Positions 41,557 to 53,345 of a DNA stretch of 59,388 nt are shown here, piece after piece. A program made the translations under genes and the position numbers. The first letter of the stretch is position 1. Every line of letters starts with the position of its first letter. The stretch covers positions 1 through 59,388 of IMG/VR virus record IMGVR_UViG_3300037245_003140. One strand, 5' to 3'. The notes beneath the pieces were generated by a model, which was given only the letters and a program-made list of their open reading frames with translations, was not told the origin of the DNA and made no database searches. The stretch is from a virus (lineage: Duplodnaviria > Caudoviricetes).

Positions 41557-42878
41557 GAGTGGAATGAAAACATTAAAAAAAATATTCTTCAAAGAGGTAA
41601 AAATAACACCAGGCATTTATGCAGAAATCAAACGCTCTATAAGAAAATCCGACCATCTGGAAGAAAATATGATGGAGTTTCTAAAAGCAACTGTCTACTT
41701 GGTAAAAAATAAGATCTGCAAACCGAGAGATTTTGAGAATTTCGGAGGATGGTGTATCTCAGTAGATCAAAGTTGTTATTTTATATATCCCGAAAATATC
41801 ACATCAGTTAAGAAAAAAATATTACTCAATATTTCAACTGGGGAGATCACTCGAAATAAGAAAGTATTGAAAAAGGGAGGGCAAGTTGACTAATTTAATG
41901 GTGGATAGATTCTGGGTTACAACAAAAACATCACCAGAGCAAAGAAACTTTATAGCCAACCAAAACCAAAGATTCAATCTTTATAATAAAAGAGACCTTA
42001 CACCCTTAGAGATCAAAACTCTTAATAAAATAACCATCAAAACATGCCTCACACGTTCTGATGTCTACGATGCTTATTTAAATTATATTTTTAAAGACCA
42101 AAAGGTGTTTGTACTATATAATAGATACGGGCACCAGTTCATAATTGACGAATTCTTTCTCCTGGCAAATTACGGAAAAATTGAAGCCATCAGAAATTTA
42201 AAGAAAAGAGTTATTTCAATGTCAGGTATAGAGGATATTAAAGAGCTTTCTGCGCAAATGAGGGTTTATAATAAAAAATATAAGCCTGTCAAAAATTCTG
42301 GAATGTCAAAAGCTGCAAAAAGCTTTAAAAAATCAATAGAGGCGTTGGGTAAGCTGAGTACTAATTTGGTATTGCTTCAATAGTTTTAGAATCTTTCAAT
42401 AATCCAATGCCAACACTAAAAGAAAGGATATTTTCATTGTGGAAGAAAATACAGCAGTAAACGGATTCCCAGCATGTTATAATCCAGAATGCCCGTATCA
42501 CCACATAGAGCTAAGTGACAACCTTCAAAATGATTTTGTTGTAGTAAGTGGAGTCGTAACTATAAGAAGGCATTTATATAAATACAGATCCAAAGATACA
42601 ATATTTTATTGCGATCGTTGCCATGGGGCTATTCAGCACAGTGTCGCATGTGGAAAACAACCCTAAAGGATAGTTTCATTATGGAAGAAAAAAAGAAATG
42701 GGTAATAGTTAAAGAAGGCCCAGTGGTATGGGATGACACTTCCAAGGAAAATGATATTTTAAAAGACATCCAAGATGCTAAAGATAAGATTTATAAAGCA
42801 ACAGGTGTCCAACCAAATGTGTTTATGGTTGGCGTAGGATCTGAATCTGAAAAGCATTAAAAGAGGCTGGAGTTTTAG

Positions 42879-43253
42879 ATGGATATAAACATGATGGAGA
42901 AGGTAGATATGTCAAAAAATAAAGTTGAAATTCAAAACTGTAAAAATTGCACAATGGAATTATCTGGGTGCGATCTTGAAGAAGAGAGAAAACCTAAATT
43001 TGGTGCAATTGTCGCCTGTGGGAAGTGGGTATGCTCACCAAGAAACAAGATAATTTCCATAATAGAACAAGTAACAGAAATACAACCTGGCTTAATTCAA
43101 GAATCTGACACATTTGAATTTTTAAACATGGATTCATTGTCAATTACCGAGGCTAAGGTGATGATAGAAATAGAGTTTGATATTGAAATCGGTGACGATG
43201 TCCAACTATTGACTGTAAAAAACTTAATTGATGTTGTGGAGGTTTCACGATGA
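42879..43253 (+). CDS. Acyl-carrier-protein domain fused to an N-terminal Cys-rich segment
   Basis: LNMDSLSITE..VMIE.EFDIEI.D....TVKNLID matches the ACP consensus, with the DSL serine present. Confidence 0.85.
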   Translation: MDINMMEKVDMSKNKVEIQNCKNCTMELSGCDLEEERKPKFGAIVACGKWVCSPRNKIISIIEQVTEIQPGLIQESDTFEFLNMDSLSITEAKVMIEIEFDIEIGDDVQLLTVKNLIDVVEVSR

Positions 43254-43552
43254 AAAAAATATTTTTAATAATTCTTATATTAGTTATGGTTTATGGGTGT
43301 GATGATTCCTTAAAAATAACCAAGGGCGGTGTGTACACCGTGAATGTAGGTAAGTCTATAGGGGCGGGTAACCCATATGAAGACATAAGGTATTGTGGCA
43401 TGATAAATAATAAAGTGTTCTCGTTGTCAGGTACGTTTAGGTCGAGCGTTAACTTATATTACCCAATAAATACTAAGTATATTAATATCAACGGGGATAT
43501 ATTTAAGGTTGTAAGTGTAGATAACCACAAGATCATATTAGGATCTGAATAA
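43250..43552 (+). CDS. Predicted lipoprotein
   Basis: MKKIFLIILILVMVYG-C signal; YCGM motif shared with 51299-51646. Confidence 0.65.
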   Translation: MKKIFLIILILVMVYGCDDSLKITKGGVYTVNVGKSIGAGNPYEDIRYCGMINNKVFSLSGTFRSSVNLYYPINTKYININGDIFKVVSVDNHKIILGSE

Positions 43553-43971
43553 ATACTCACCAGTTAAGCTATTAGGTATGGTGATAAATAAAGGAGAATC
43601 CATTGAAAATCCATAAAGTAGAATTATACATTGTTGACCATGATGAGGTTGGAGCGCATGATATTGAAATGGTTATGGAACAGGTAAACTATCCAAACGA
43701 TTGTATTACGCCTCATATTATCAGCATTAAAACCGCTGAAATCGACTACACAGATGAACACCCGTTGAATTATTCAGATGGGCGAGAGGTTGAGGCATTT
43801 AATAAACTGTTTAAAGACATAGGTTAGATTTGATTAAACAGTGGAACTATGCTAAAATATAAACAATTAAAAAGCAGATCAGGGCAAGCACCCGAAAAGC
43901 CGGACTCGTTCCCCGGCCCCTCTGTGAAACCTCTCAGGAACGACAATCTTTTGAACGGAGGATTAAGAATA

Positions 43972-44145
43972 ATGTTAACATATAAAATACATATCAAGCT
44001 TATTAGAAGTTTTGGATTAGGATTCCAAATTATTGCACCAAAGTTTAATGGATGGCTATGTGTTGAATTTTATTTAGGGTGTTTTGAGCTGCATCTCTGG
44101 AATAGGGGAAAACGGTTTTTTAAAGCTTCTAATCTTTGGTTATAA
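43972..44145 (+). CDS. 57-aa hypothetical protein, duplicate of 31790-31963
   Basis: GGAGG RBS before ATG 43972. Confidence 0.75.
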   Translation: MLTYKIHIKLIRSFGLGFQIIAPKFNGWLCVEFYLGCFELHLWNRGKRFFKASNLWL

Positions 44146-45082
44146 TAAACTATTTAAACAATATGAAATAAAACATAGAATGTTTCTTTTAAATAGGAAT
44201 TATTTTAATATTTCTACAGGCAAAAGAATTCAATAAAGAGGGGTAGCGTAGTGCAAGGAATAAAGATGAAACCTAAAGACATTGGCTTATTCATGGATGC
44301 TATAAGGAAAATAAACAAAGATGAAAACAAGAAATTTGAATTCCTGACAGCGATCTATAACGTGAAATCTATTCTTGAAAATGAGCTTGTTGTTGGGAAT
44401 CTGAAGAAGACTTTTGAGAAAACGGATATGGATGGTAATTTTATGGATTTTTTCAAACAACCACATTGAAGGGAAATTGTGAAAAATTCTATAACTATTG
44501 AAATAATAGCACCTTCTGGTGTGTTTATTCCATCAAAACAGCAAATTGAAAATTGTAAAACTATAGCAATTAGATGTAGTTCAATATATTCAAAGGAGAT
44601 CCCTATGAAAACAAAGCACGAAGGAGTAAGGCCACTCTACGCACCTCATTTTTTAGAGCAAAGCCATTGTAAAAAAGGATTTGAAATATTTATAAAGCAC
44701 TTTGGGTTTTATAAAGAGGTTCCATGGACTTTTGATAACGAAATATGGATTATAAACAATATTAAGGGTGGTATAGAGTGGCTTGTTGGAAATGGCTATA
44801 TAAAGAAGAAATCTCCGCATGGGGATTCTGTTGCCTATATTCCCGGTAAAAACTATATCTTTGAAGAGTCCCCAGGATCTATAAGGGCCCTTAAAATGAA
44901 AGGCGTAAACAGATATGTATGGGTTTCACTTAATACAGTTGATTACACAAGCTTGCGAGAGGGAACGGAATTTGATTTAAAAACCTATCCATCAGGATAT
45001 GACGCAATTCTACATGTTGAAACTAATCACCAAGTGTATAGAATGGATTCACTAAAAGAACTTGCCGAGTACATTTTAGAAA

Positions 45083-45382
45083 ATGAATATTAAAGACAAA
45101 AGCCTATTAAACAGAATAGAGCTAAAAGGAAAATGTATAGGCTGTGGTAACTGTTGCCGTTTAAATTGGAAATTCGGGTATATTGTAGATGGCGAAGTGG
45201 TCGAGAAAGAAAACAACCGAAAGAAACCAGAAGATTATACTGAATGCAATTCCTTTGATTCTGAAAATAACAAATGCCTCATACATGAAGATAAAAAACC
45301 AGATGTTTGTAAATATTGGCCTTTCTTTAAAGAGGATCTTGAAGACGTAAACTGTCCAGGGTTTACATGGGAGGGTGAATGA
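45083..45382 (+). CDS. YkgJ/CxxCxxCC Zn- or Fe-chelating domain protein
   Basis: CIGCGNCC...C..FD....CLIHE..PDVCKYWPF. Confidence 0.85.
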   Translation: MNIKDKSLLNRIELKGKCIGCGNCCRLNWKFGYIVDGEVVEKENNRKKPEDYTECNSFDSENNKCLIHEDKKPDVCKYWPFFKEDLEDVNCPGFTWEGE

Positions 45383-45721
45383 GCTTGTTTGATATATTTA
45401 AAAAGAAGAAACAAACCACAATTGGCGAAGCTATTGATCTATTAGGATACAAGTTAATAGGGCAGGTTGATAATATCCTTCTCACTGATAAAGGTTTGGT
45501 TTATATCTCATTTCAAGAGAAAAAAGCGTGGGATAAAGATTTAAATGAGATAGACACAAAAGGGCTAAACCTATGAAAACAATAAAACTCATAGCTACTC
45601 TATTATGTATTATTTCGATGATAGCACTTTCTTTTTATGGAGGAACAATCAGCTATAAACTATTTTATGAAAAACAAGTCAAACAAACAATAATTGAATT
45701 AGTTAAAAAGGATTCTTTAAA

Positions 45722-46435
45722 ATGAAAATCAGTAATGAAGTTGCAGACGTAATAGCTAGCTCAAAAGTTGAAGGTGATAAGCTTTATCTTCCAGACACCC
45801 AACTCGACAGAAAGCTTTATACCTCTGTGAATAAAGTTCTTGTTGCTATCGGCGGGAAGTGGAACAGATCCGCAAAAGCCCACATATTTAAAACAGATAT
45901 AGAGGAAATAATAGAAGAGATACTTGCTTCTGGTGAATATACCAGCGAAAAGAAAGATTTTCAATTTTTTGAAACTCCACCAGATGTAGTTGATCAACTT
46001 TTAGATCTAGCAGATATTAGAAAAGGAGAACTTGTTTTGGAACCCAGTGCAGGTAAAGGGAGGATAGCCTCAAGGGTTCCTTGTTGTGATTGTGTCGAAC
46101 TTAATCCAATTAATAGAGAATATCTAAAATCAAGCGGTTATAATGTTGTTGGTGAAGATTTTCTTGAATTTTCAGGAGAATATGATGTTATAATTGCAAA
46201 TCCTCCGTTCTCCAAACAACAGGATATTTCCCACATTATCCGCATGGTAAAACTTGCTAAACGAAGAGTAGTGTCGGTTGCTTCGGCCTCTATATTATTT
46301 AGAACTAATAAAAAAACAGAGGCTTTTAGGAAGTTTGTAGATGATATGGGCGGCACGATAACACCACTTCCGGAAAAATCATTTAGTAAAAGTGGAACCA
46401 ATGTAAATACCTGTATCGTGTGTATTGACATTTAA
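45722..46435 (+). CDS. SAM-dependent (probably N6-adenine DNA) methyltransferase
   Basis: FFETP, VLEPSAGKG, NPPF and F.KSGT.V motifs. Confidence 0.88.
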   Translation: MKISNEVADVIASSKVEGDKLYLPDTQLDRKLYTSVNKVLVAIGGKWNRSAKAHIFKTDIEEIIEEILASGEYTSEKKDFQFFETPPDVVDQLLDLADIRKGELVLEPSAGKGRIASRVPCCDCVELNPINREYLKSSGYNVVGEDFLEFSGEYDVIIANPPFSKQQDISHIIRMVKLAKRRVVSVASASILFRTNKKTEAFRKFVDDMGGTITPLPEKSFSKSGTNVNTCIVCIDI

Positions 46436-46528
46436 TATTAACTTGACACACCTTAAAAAACCATAGTATTTTATGTTATCGTTTTAGAAGTAATTGAATT
46501 GAATTTATTTAATCCAAAAGGAGGAAAC

Positions 46529-46855
46529 GTGCAAAAGATTTTATTTGTATTATTCCTATTGTGTTTTAGTGTTACAAACACGGCCTATGCTGTGGATATG
46601 GACAGAGGTATTGACTCTTTTGTAGAAAAGGTTGATAAACCGGCAATAGTGAGCACAAGTAAAGCGCTTGATGTGCCTTGCTTTGATTTCGGTATAAAAG
46701 GCTATAGAGCTTATAAGCTCGAAAGATTGGGTTCAGTCTCCCAATTCCATATTGGTAATTTCCTGGTAAACAGTATTGTGGGAAAATGGGTCTGGCGTAG
46801 CTCTTTGAAAGATCCTATAAGATATAGAAATATAAATCAGCTAATTAATGCATAG
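46529..46855 (+). CDS. Exported protein in a moron-like unit
   Basis: AGGAGG RBS; signal peptide ending AYA; TTGACA at 46443; terminator downstream. Confidence 0.55.
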   Translation: MQKILFVLFLLCFSVTNTAYAVDMDRGIDSFVEKVDKPAIVSTSKALDVPCFDFGIKGYRAYKLERLGSVSQFHIGNFLVNSIVGKWVWRSSLKDPIRYRNINQLINA

Positions 46856-46885
46856 TTGATAAGTTAAGAAACAGGCTATTATCAG

Positions 46886-46914
46886 AAGCACCGGGATTGG
46901 CCCGGTGCTTTTTT
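46886..46914 (+). terminator. Intrinsic terminator
   Basis: AAGCACCGGG-ATTGG-CCCGGTGCTT-TTTT. Confidence 0.85.
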
Positions 46915-47112
46915 AAAAGCAAATCCTAAAAGGTCTAATATGGCAAAATTAGAATCAATAAATATCAATAAGGTGAGTAAGAAACTTACTTTAACGATTA
47001 AATTAAAAGGCACGAGAAGGTTTAATCTAAGGATGTGGTTAAGGACAGTTATTTTGAAGATTGGCGGGTTTATATTACCTTGTAAGGCTGAAATAGAGAC
47101 AAGTGAATAGAT

Positions 47113-48273
47113 ATGGCATATAAACTCACAAACAAAAATATATCTGATTTAATTCCATACGTAAGCAACAGCCGCACCCACTCTGAAGATCAAATAACCC
47201 AAGTTGCTGCAAGTATTTCAGAATTCGGATTTACAAACCCAGTATTAATTGACGAAACAGGTATGATAATTGCCGGGCATGGCAGATGCCAAGCAGCTAA
47301 AAAACTAAATATGGAAGAAGTTCCCTGTATTGTTTTAAAAGGGTTATCAGAAGCTCAGAAAAAAGCCTATATTATTGCAGATAATAAGCTCGCATTAAAT
47401 GCCGGGTGGGATGACGAACTTTTAAGGGTTGAGCTTGAAGGATTAAACGATCTTGATTTTGACTTAGATTTATTGGGGTTTAGTAAAAATGAACTTGACG
47501 AATTATTAGCAGAAAAAAAACCACCGGGATTAACAGATGAAGATGATGTTCCAGAGCCACCAGAAACTCCCGTCAGTGTTTTGGGGGATGTTTGGATTTT
47601 AGGGAATCATAGGTTGATGTGTGGGGATAGTACAAACCCTCTTGATGTTATGATGTTGATGGACGGGGACTACCCTAAATTAATACACACAGACCCGCCA
47701 TATGGAATGAACGCCGTTACTAAGTCTGGTGTTTTGTCTAAGAACTATAAAACCGATATTATAGGAGATGACAATCCCGATATAGCTAAAAACGCATTTG
47801 CATTGATACACGGACTATATCCAGAAGCGAAACAAATCTGGTGGGGTGCTAATTATTACTGTAGCGTTTTGCCTGATAGCGAATGTTGGTTGGTGTGGGA
47901 TAAAAATAACGGTAGTTCAGATCAAACAGATTGTGAGCTTGCGTGGGCCAACTTCAGGAGTGTTGTTCGCCAATTTACACAGGCAAGTGAAAAAACAAAC
48001 AGAGTTCATCCAACACAAAAACCGGTATCTCTGGTAGAATGGATATTAAAACGATTTAAATTTTCATCAGAGAGTATAGCAGATTTTTTTGGTGGGTCAG
48101 GATCTACCCTTATTGCTGCAGAAAAGCACGGGTCCACGGCTTTTATAATGGAATTCGACCCAATTTTTATAGATGTAATAATAAACCGCTGGCAAAACTT
48201 CACAGGAAATCAAGCAATCCATATTGAATCAGGCAAAACATATGATGAAATGAAAGCAGAAAGAGATCTATAA
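47113..48273 (+). CDS. ParB-like domain fused to an N4/N6 DNA methyltransferase
   Basis: SI.EFGF..PV...IIAGHGR...IADNKL; DPPY; HPTQKP; DFFGGSGST. Confidence 0.92.
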   Translation: MAYKLTNKNISDLIPYVSNSRTHSEDQITQVAASISEFGFTNPVLIDETGMIIAGHGRCQAAKKLNMEEVPCIVLKGLSEAQKKAYIIADNKLALNAGWDDELLRVELEGLNDLDFDLDLLGFSKNELDELLAEKKPPGLTDEDDVPEPPETPVSVLGDVWILGNHRLMCGDSTNPLDVMMLMDGDYPKLIHTDPPYGMNAVTKSGVLSKNYKTDIIGDDNPDIAKNAFALIHGLYPEAKQIWWGANYYCSVLPDSECWLVWDKNNGSSDQTDCELAWANFRSVVRQFTQASEKTNRVHPTQKPVSLVEWILKRFKFSSESIADFFGGSGSTLIAAEKHGSTAFIMEFDPIFIDVIINRWQNFTGNQAIHIESGKTYDEMKAERDL

Positions 48274-48785
48274 TGGCAAAAAAAAGAGGAAGACCGTCCC
48301 TTTATGAAACCCGTGTACAACCCAGACTCGAAGAGATAAAAGCGTGGTGTCGTGACGGTTACACAGATATAATAATGTGTGAAGCTCTTAAGGTTTCAAT
48401 AGCCTCTTTCTGCAAATATAAAAATGATTTCCCCGAATTAAAAGAAGCCTTAAACGTAACCAAACCTATAGCAGACTTAAAAGTGGTTAATTCTCTTCAT
48501 AAAAGAGCATTAGGGTATGAGTATGAAGAAGTGACAAAAGAGGTTAAAACCGATAAAGCAGGGGCTATAATATCCAAACACATAAAGTCAGTAACAAAGT
48601 TTCTTCCTGGAGATGTAAAAGCACAAGAGGTTTGGTTAAGAAACAGAGATCCGAAGAACTGGAATCAAAAACAAGGCGTAGAGCTTTCGGGCCCAGACGG
48701 AAAACCAGTTGAGGTAATTAATCACGACATGGACCCAAAAGAAGCAGCTAAGATTTATTCACAAATGATTAAAGGAGATGAGTGA
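48273..48785 (+). CDS. terS: Terminase small subunit
   Basis: GRPSLYE, HTH, SL.KRALGY, D..A...WLRNR.P..W, ELSGPDG.PV; upstream of terL. Confidence 0.85.
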   Translation: MAKKRGRPSLYETRVQPRLEEIKAWCRDGYTDIIMCEALKVSIASFCKYKNDFPELKEALNVTKPIADLKVVNSLHKRALGYEYEEVTKEVKTDKAGAIISKHIKSVTKFLPGDVKAQEVWLRNRDPKNWNQKQGVELSGPDGKPVEVINHDMDPKEAAKIYSQMIKGDE

Positions 48786-49397
48786 TGGATAAAAAATGGG
48801 TAGCCTGCATGGTGATGTTGGTATCTTTTTGTACCGGATTAACAACAATGGCTCTCTTGCTATGTTTTGGACTGGCCCCATTACCGTCTGAGCTAATACC
48901 AGAACGCCTGTTTGCTGTACTCATCCTGATTCAAATACCTTTTCTGGCTTCTTTATTGTATATTATGAAACACAAGACAAATTTAACTGAGCGGTCTACA
49001 TTTCAAATAAAAACCCCGTAAATTTTTATACTTTGGATAATTGAGAATGCAAATTGAAGGTAAAAACAAACCGACTCCACCAAAAGGCAGGACAGTATAT
49101 TACGGCCCTAATGCAAATATTATGTTCCTTTTTGTATTTGTGGTTTTTTGATAGCTATGGCTGTTTGTTACTTCACTTAATGATAATAATTGAGGTTCAT
49201 ATGGATAAAATAATTAAAAGTGTAGTTGATGTGATAAAAGATGATATTTCAAAGAAAATTGACGAACAAGATAATAATTTTAAAAACCTTAAAGTAGAAA
49301 ACTCTATACCATCTACAATTTCAAATAAAATAAAAATAGATCCACCTAAATCATCAGGTGTTGGGTTTATGTCTTTAAATGTTTGTAAATAAAATTT

Positions 49398-51068
49398 ATG
49401 TCAACAATGCCCTTACATAACTGGCCCCCCAATTACACCAAAATTCTCCAAAACAGACAAGAGAATTATCTACGCATAAAGGACAATCCAGAAGCTCAAC
49501 AGGCATTAAAAATATTTTACAAAGACAATCCGGTTAATTTTATCAACGATTGGTGTATTGTTTACGAACCAAGAAATGCAATGAAACCAAATGCAACAAC
49601 CTTGATGCCTTTTAGATTATTCCCCAAACAAGTTGACTTAGTGGAGTTTGTTTATAGCTGCATCCACGATCAAGAAGAGGGTTTAATTGAAAAGTCAAGG
49701 GATATGGGGGCTACTTGGGTATGTGTAGCAATCTCTACTCATTTATGGTTGTTTCACGAAGGTTCCTCAGTAGGATGGGGATCACGAAAACAAGATTATG
49801 TTGACGAGATAGGCAACCCAAGTTCTATATTTGAAAAAATCCGGATCGGTATAGATTATATTCCCGATTGGCTGAAGCCTAAAGGATTTGATAGAAAAAG
49901 AGATCTAACTTTCTGTAAATGCATAAATAGAGAAACCGGTTCTACAATAGTAGGAGAAATTGGCGACGATATAGGAAGAGGTGGAAGGACCACTAATTAC
50001 TTCCTAGATGAAAGTGCCCACTATGTAAGACCTGAAAAGATCGAAGCTGCTATAAGCGAAAATACCGATGTTCCCATACATATTTCATCCGTTAAAGGAG
50101 TGGGAAATGTTTTCTATAAAAAAAGACATACTGGAGTTATTTGGGACCCTAAAAACAAACCTCCAAAAAAATACACCAGAGTTTTTATTATGGATTGGTC
50201 AGATCATCCCGCTAAAGATCAAGAATGGTATGACCTGAAACAAGCAAAAGCAAAACGTCAAGGGCTTGAAAACCTATTTGCTCAAGAAGTTGACCGGGAT
50301 TATACCAGTTCAGTATCAGGAATTCTTATTCCTGGCAAATGGGTAAAAGCCGCAATCGATGCTCATATCAAATTGGGATTTGAGGCAGAAGGTAAAAAAA
50401 GGGCTGGGTTTGATGTATTTGACGAGGGTAAAGATGCTCATGCTCTATTCATAATCAAGGGTTCAGTCGCTCAGTTTGCAAAAAAATGGACTAATGGTGA
50501 TACTGGACAGGGAACTAGAAAAGCTATAAGACTCTGCAAAGAAAACAAAACATTTCATTTTCAATTTGATAGTATCGGAGTCGGTGCCGGGGCAAAATCA
50601 GAAACAAACCGAATGAAAGAAGAGGGTAAGCTCGAAGGTTTTGAGGTAATTAAGTGGGCAGGATCTGCAAAGGTTCAAAATCCAGAGGAAAATATTATAC
50701 CTGGTGATATCGAAACGCCAAAGAATAAAGACTATTATAAAAACTTGAAAGCCCAGGGTGGTTGGCAATTAAGATTAAGGTTTGAAAAGACTTACAAAGC
50801 AGTGACCCAGGGCGCAAAATACGACACATCTGAATTAATAAGCATTCCTTCAGACCTTCCGGAAAGAACAAGGGTTGAAGCAGAATTAAGTCAGCCGACA
50901 TATATAGAAGACGGATCAGGAAAAATAATTATAAATAAAACTCCTGATGGCACCAAATCACCTAACTTATTTGATGCCTTTGTAATGTCAGCTTTTATAC
51001 TTAAAAAACCAGAACCTCAAATGGGTGCAGCTATGCCTGGTGGGTTTAAAAATACAGAGAGCTATTGA
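49398..51068 (+). CDS. terL: Terminase large subunit
   Basis: EKSRDMGATW (Walker A), GRGGR...FLDESA (Walker B), and nuclease motif SPNLFDA. Confidence 0.93.
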   Translation: MSTMPLHNWPPNYTKILQNRQENYLRIKDNPEAQQALKIFYKDNPVNFINDWCIVYEPRNAMKPNATTLMPFRLFPKQVDLVEFVYSCIHDQEEGLIEKSRDMGATWVCVAISTHLWLFHEGSSVGWGSRKQDYVDEIGNPSSIFEKIRIGIDYIPDWLKPKGFDRKRDLTFCKCINRETGSTIVGEIGDDIGRGGRTTNYFLDESAHYVRPEKIEAAISENTDVPIHISSVKGVGNVFYKKRHTGVIWDPKNKPPKKYTRVFIMDWSDHPAKDQEWYDLKQAKAKRQGLENLFAQEVDRDYTSSVSGILIPGKWVKAAIDAHIKLGFEAEGKKRAGFDVFDEGKDAHALFIIKGSVAQFAKKWTNGDTGQGTRKAIRLCKENKTFHFQFDSIGVGAGAKSETNRMKEEGKLEGFEVIKWAGSAKVQNPEENIIPGDIETPKNKDYYKNLKAQGGWQLRLRFEKTYKAVTQGAKYDTSELISIPSDLPERTRVEAELSQPTYIEDGSGKIIINKTPDGTKSPNLFDAFVMSAFILKKPEPQMGAAMPGGFKNTESY

Positions 51069-51298
51069 TAAACCCATTTATAACATAGTTGCAAAAGTTA
51101 TTTATTCCCACATATCATAATATTTGCGCCAATATACTCTGTAAATCTTTGTAGCCATTCTTTCGGCATATTTATCTATTAATTTCTCTAACATATCGTT
51201 CCATAATCTCTGTTTTTCTTTAAAAAGTGTATAGGTGCCACATTCAGAAAAATCTATCGTAATGTCCATAAAAACTTTTATTTCAGAATTATTCATAA

Positions 51299-51646
51299 TC
51301 AATACCTGCTTGGTTTAATTTTAACTACCTCAACGGTTATTTTGTTCATATCAACATTTAAAACATTGAAAACAACGTCTCTTGATGAGTATAGCGTAAT
51401 CCTTCTTGATTTTATGTTATAAAATACGTTGTGTCCGTTTAGCGCTACGATAAATGTTTTTTGGTCAGGCATACCACAATATGTTATAGATCGCCTTACT
51501 CCTTGCGGTAAATAAACATGTATATATTGCCCAGTATTAAGAGTTATTTTGTCTTTATCTTTTAAAATCCCATTTGGACCAGAACACCCAAGCAAAAAGA
51601 ATATAGATATAATACAAATACACATTATTTTTTTTAAAACCTTCAT
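51299..51646 (-). CDS. Predicted lipoprotein
   Basis: FLLG-C lipobox; YCGM motif. Confidence 0.65.
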   Translation of the reverse strand: MKVLKKIMCICIISIFFLLGCSGPNGILKDKDKITLNTGQYIHVYLPQGVRRSITYCGMPDQKTFIVALNGHNVFYNIKSRRITLYSSRDVVFNVLNVDMNKITVEVVKIKPSRY

Positions 51647-53147
51647 TTAACCTCCTTTTTATGGTTAAAACATCAACATTTAAAACCTATTCTATCTCAA
51701 TATAAACATTATCACCTTCGTCTTTATAGGGTGTAATGGTTATACCACTTGTCAACCCACAACCAAGTTGATCTTCATCATTAAACTTTTCAAGAGCTTC
51801 TTTAAGGTCAGATACATCTTGAATTATAATTGTTTCTCCGCATTTTATCATTTTATCCTCCCTCTTATCTTTCAAACTCTTTTATTTCTTCATATATAAA
51901 TTGAGGATTATCATCAAGTGACCAACAATCTTTTTTGGTAAATATCTTTCCTTTTGAGCAAATCTCTTCGGCCTCTTTTTTAGTTAAGACATATCCTTTT
52001 GTTTTATAACCATGAACATCCCTGTTCTCCATCCAGTCAAACCATAATTCTTTAATTAAAAAGATCAATTTATTTTCCCTCATTTTTAAAAGATTCGACT
52101 ATCAATGTTATTGTCAACAGCCCAATTAAGTGTTGTTAACCAGTTCTCACAAACGCCAGTTATAAACTCACCAGTGTTTAAATAATACCATTTTCGATAG
52201 GAATCCTCTTTAAAAAACACCATGGGCTCTTTCTCTCTAAATAAGCCTTTTAGTCTTATGCGAAATACATCATTGTTAAGTCGTTTAAATTCTAATATTT
52301 TCATAGCTTACCCCTATCCCTTTTTAAATAGCACCATCAATCTTTAACGCAATTCCCCACCCAACAATGAAAACAATAACCCAAAAAAGAGCCCCAATAT
52401 TAAACATATCTTTAAGCTCTTCCCAATCCTCATACACATTAAAAGGAAACCAAATAATGCGTAGTCCTATACCCAAAACCGCTATTGTTGACAATATGGT
52501 TCCTATGAACCATATCCAGATAATAATTAGCTTAAAAATAATCACTTATCCTCCTTCTTAACATATCTAAAAGGTTGAAGTGATTTATTCCCAAAAGGAT
52601 GAGATAGCTTACGAGAAAGTAAGTCAGGTAAATTGTCAATTATTTCAAACTCATTTTCACTCCACCAAGAGTTCTTCTCTAAATTAAATCTATCTTCATT
52701 AAATGTGTTTAAAAATTCTACAGAGGCTGAATGTACACCTTGTATTGTAGAAACTTCAGTTATCATTCCTATATTGCCTGATGGTGTTTTTATAAAATCT
52801 AAAGGTTTCATTTTATCCTTCCAAAGATCGTTTAAGTTCTTTGTACGCAGCTTCATAATCCATCCATGATTTCTTTTCACATAACGGACAATCTGCAACT
52901 TTGTCAGCCAGAAAAACAGGATTGTCGTATCCGACAGATCGAAAGTCCTTTTTACAATACCCACAGTGGAATGGTAGGCCAACCTCCTTTTCCTCCTTTT
53001 GGACCAAAGGTGCATTCTTTTCATACTTCTTAATTAACAATTCTTGTTCTTTGCTCCATTTAATGCACCCTTTTGGACAAATAAGACACCTTCCAGTTAG
53101 TTCTGTTGCGCATATTGGGCAGATCTTAAAATCCCTTTCACCTTCCA

Positions 53148-53345
53148 TCATTCACCATCCTTCTTAATCATACATTCCAATAACAAAACCATCCATTTTT
53201 GAACTTTGCGATCACCGGCACAGAGTTTTTTAACATAGCTCTCTGACTTTTGAATTAGCTTTGCGAAACTCTTTTGAGTGTGGCCTGAACCTGTAAATGA
53301 ATTTCTAATTGTTTTTATAAAAGAGATTATTCTTTTTTCTTTCAC
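53148..53345 (-). CDS. XRE-like HTH protein
   Basis: TQKSFAKLI.KSESYVKKL..G.R. Confidence 0.7.
   Translation of the reverse strand: MKEKRIISFIKTIRNSFTGSGHTQKSFAKLIQKSESYVKKLCAGDRKVQKWMVLLLECMIKKDGE

Noticed and set aside
44467-44520. Third Sec site at TGA 44467-44469 (in frame with the next ORF)
   Set aside because: Only a weak AT-rich hairpin follows, there is no Cys context, and the next ORF has its own RBS-like sequence.
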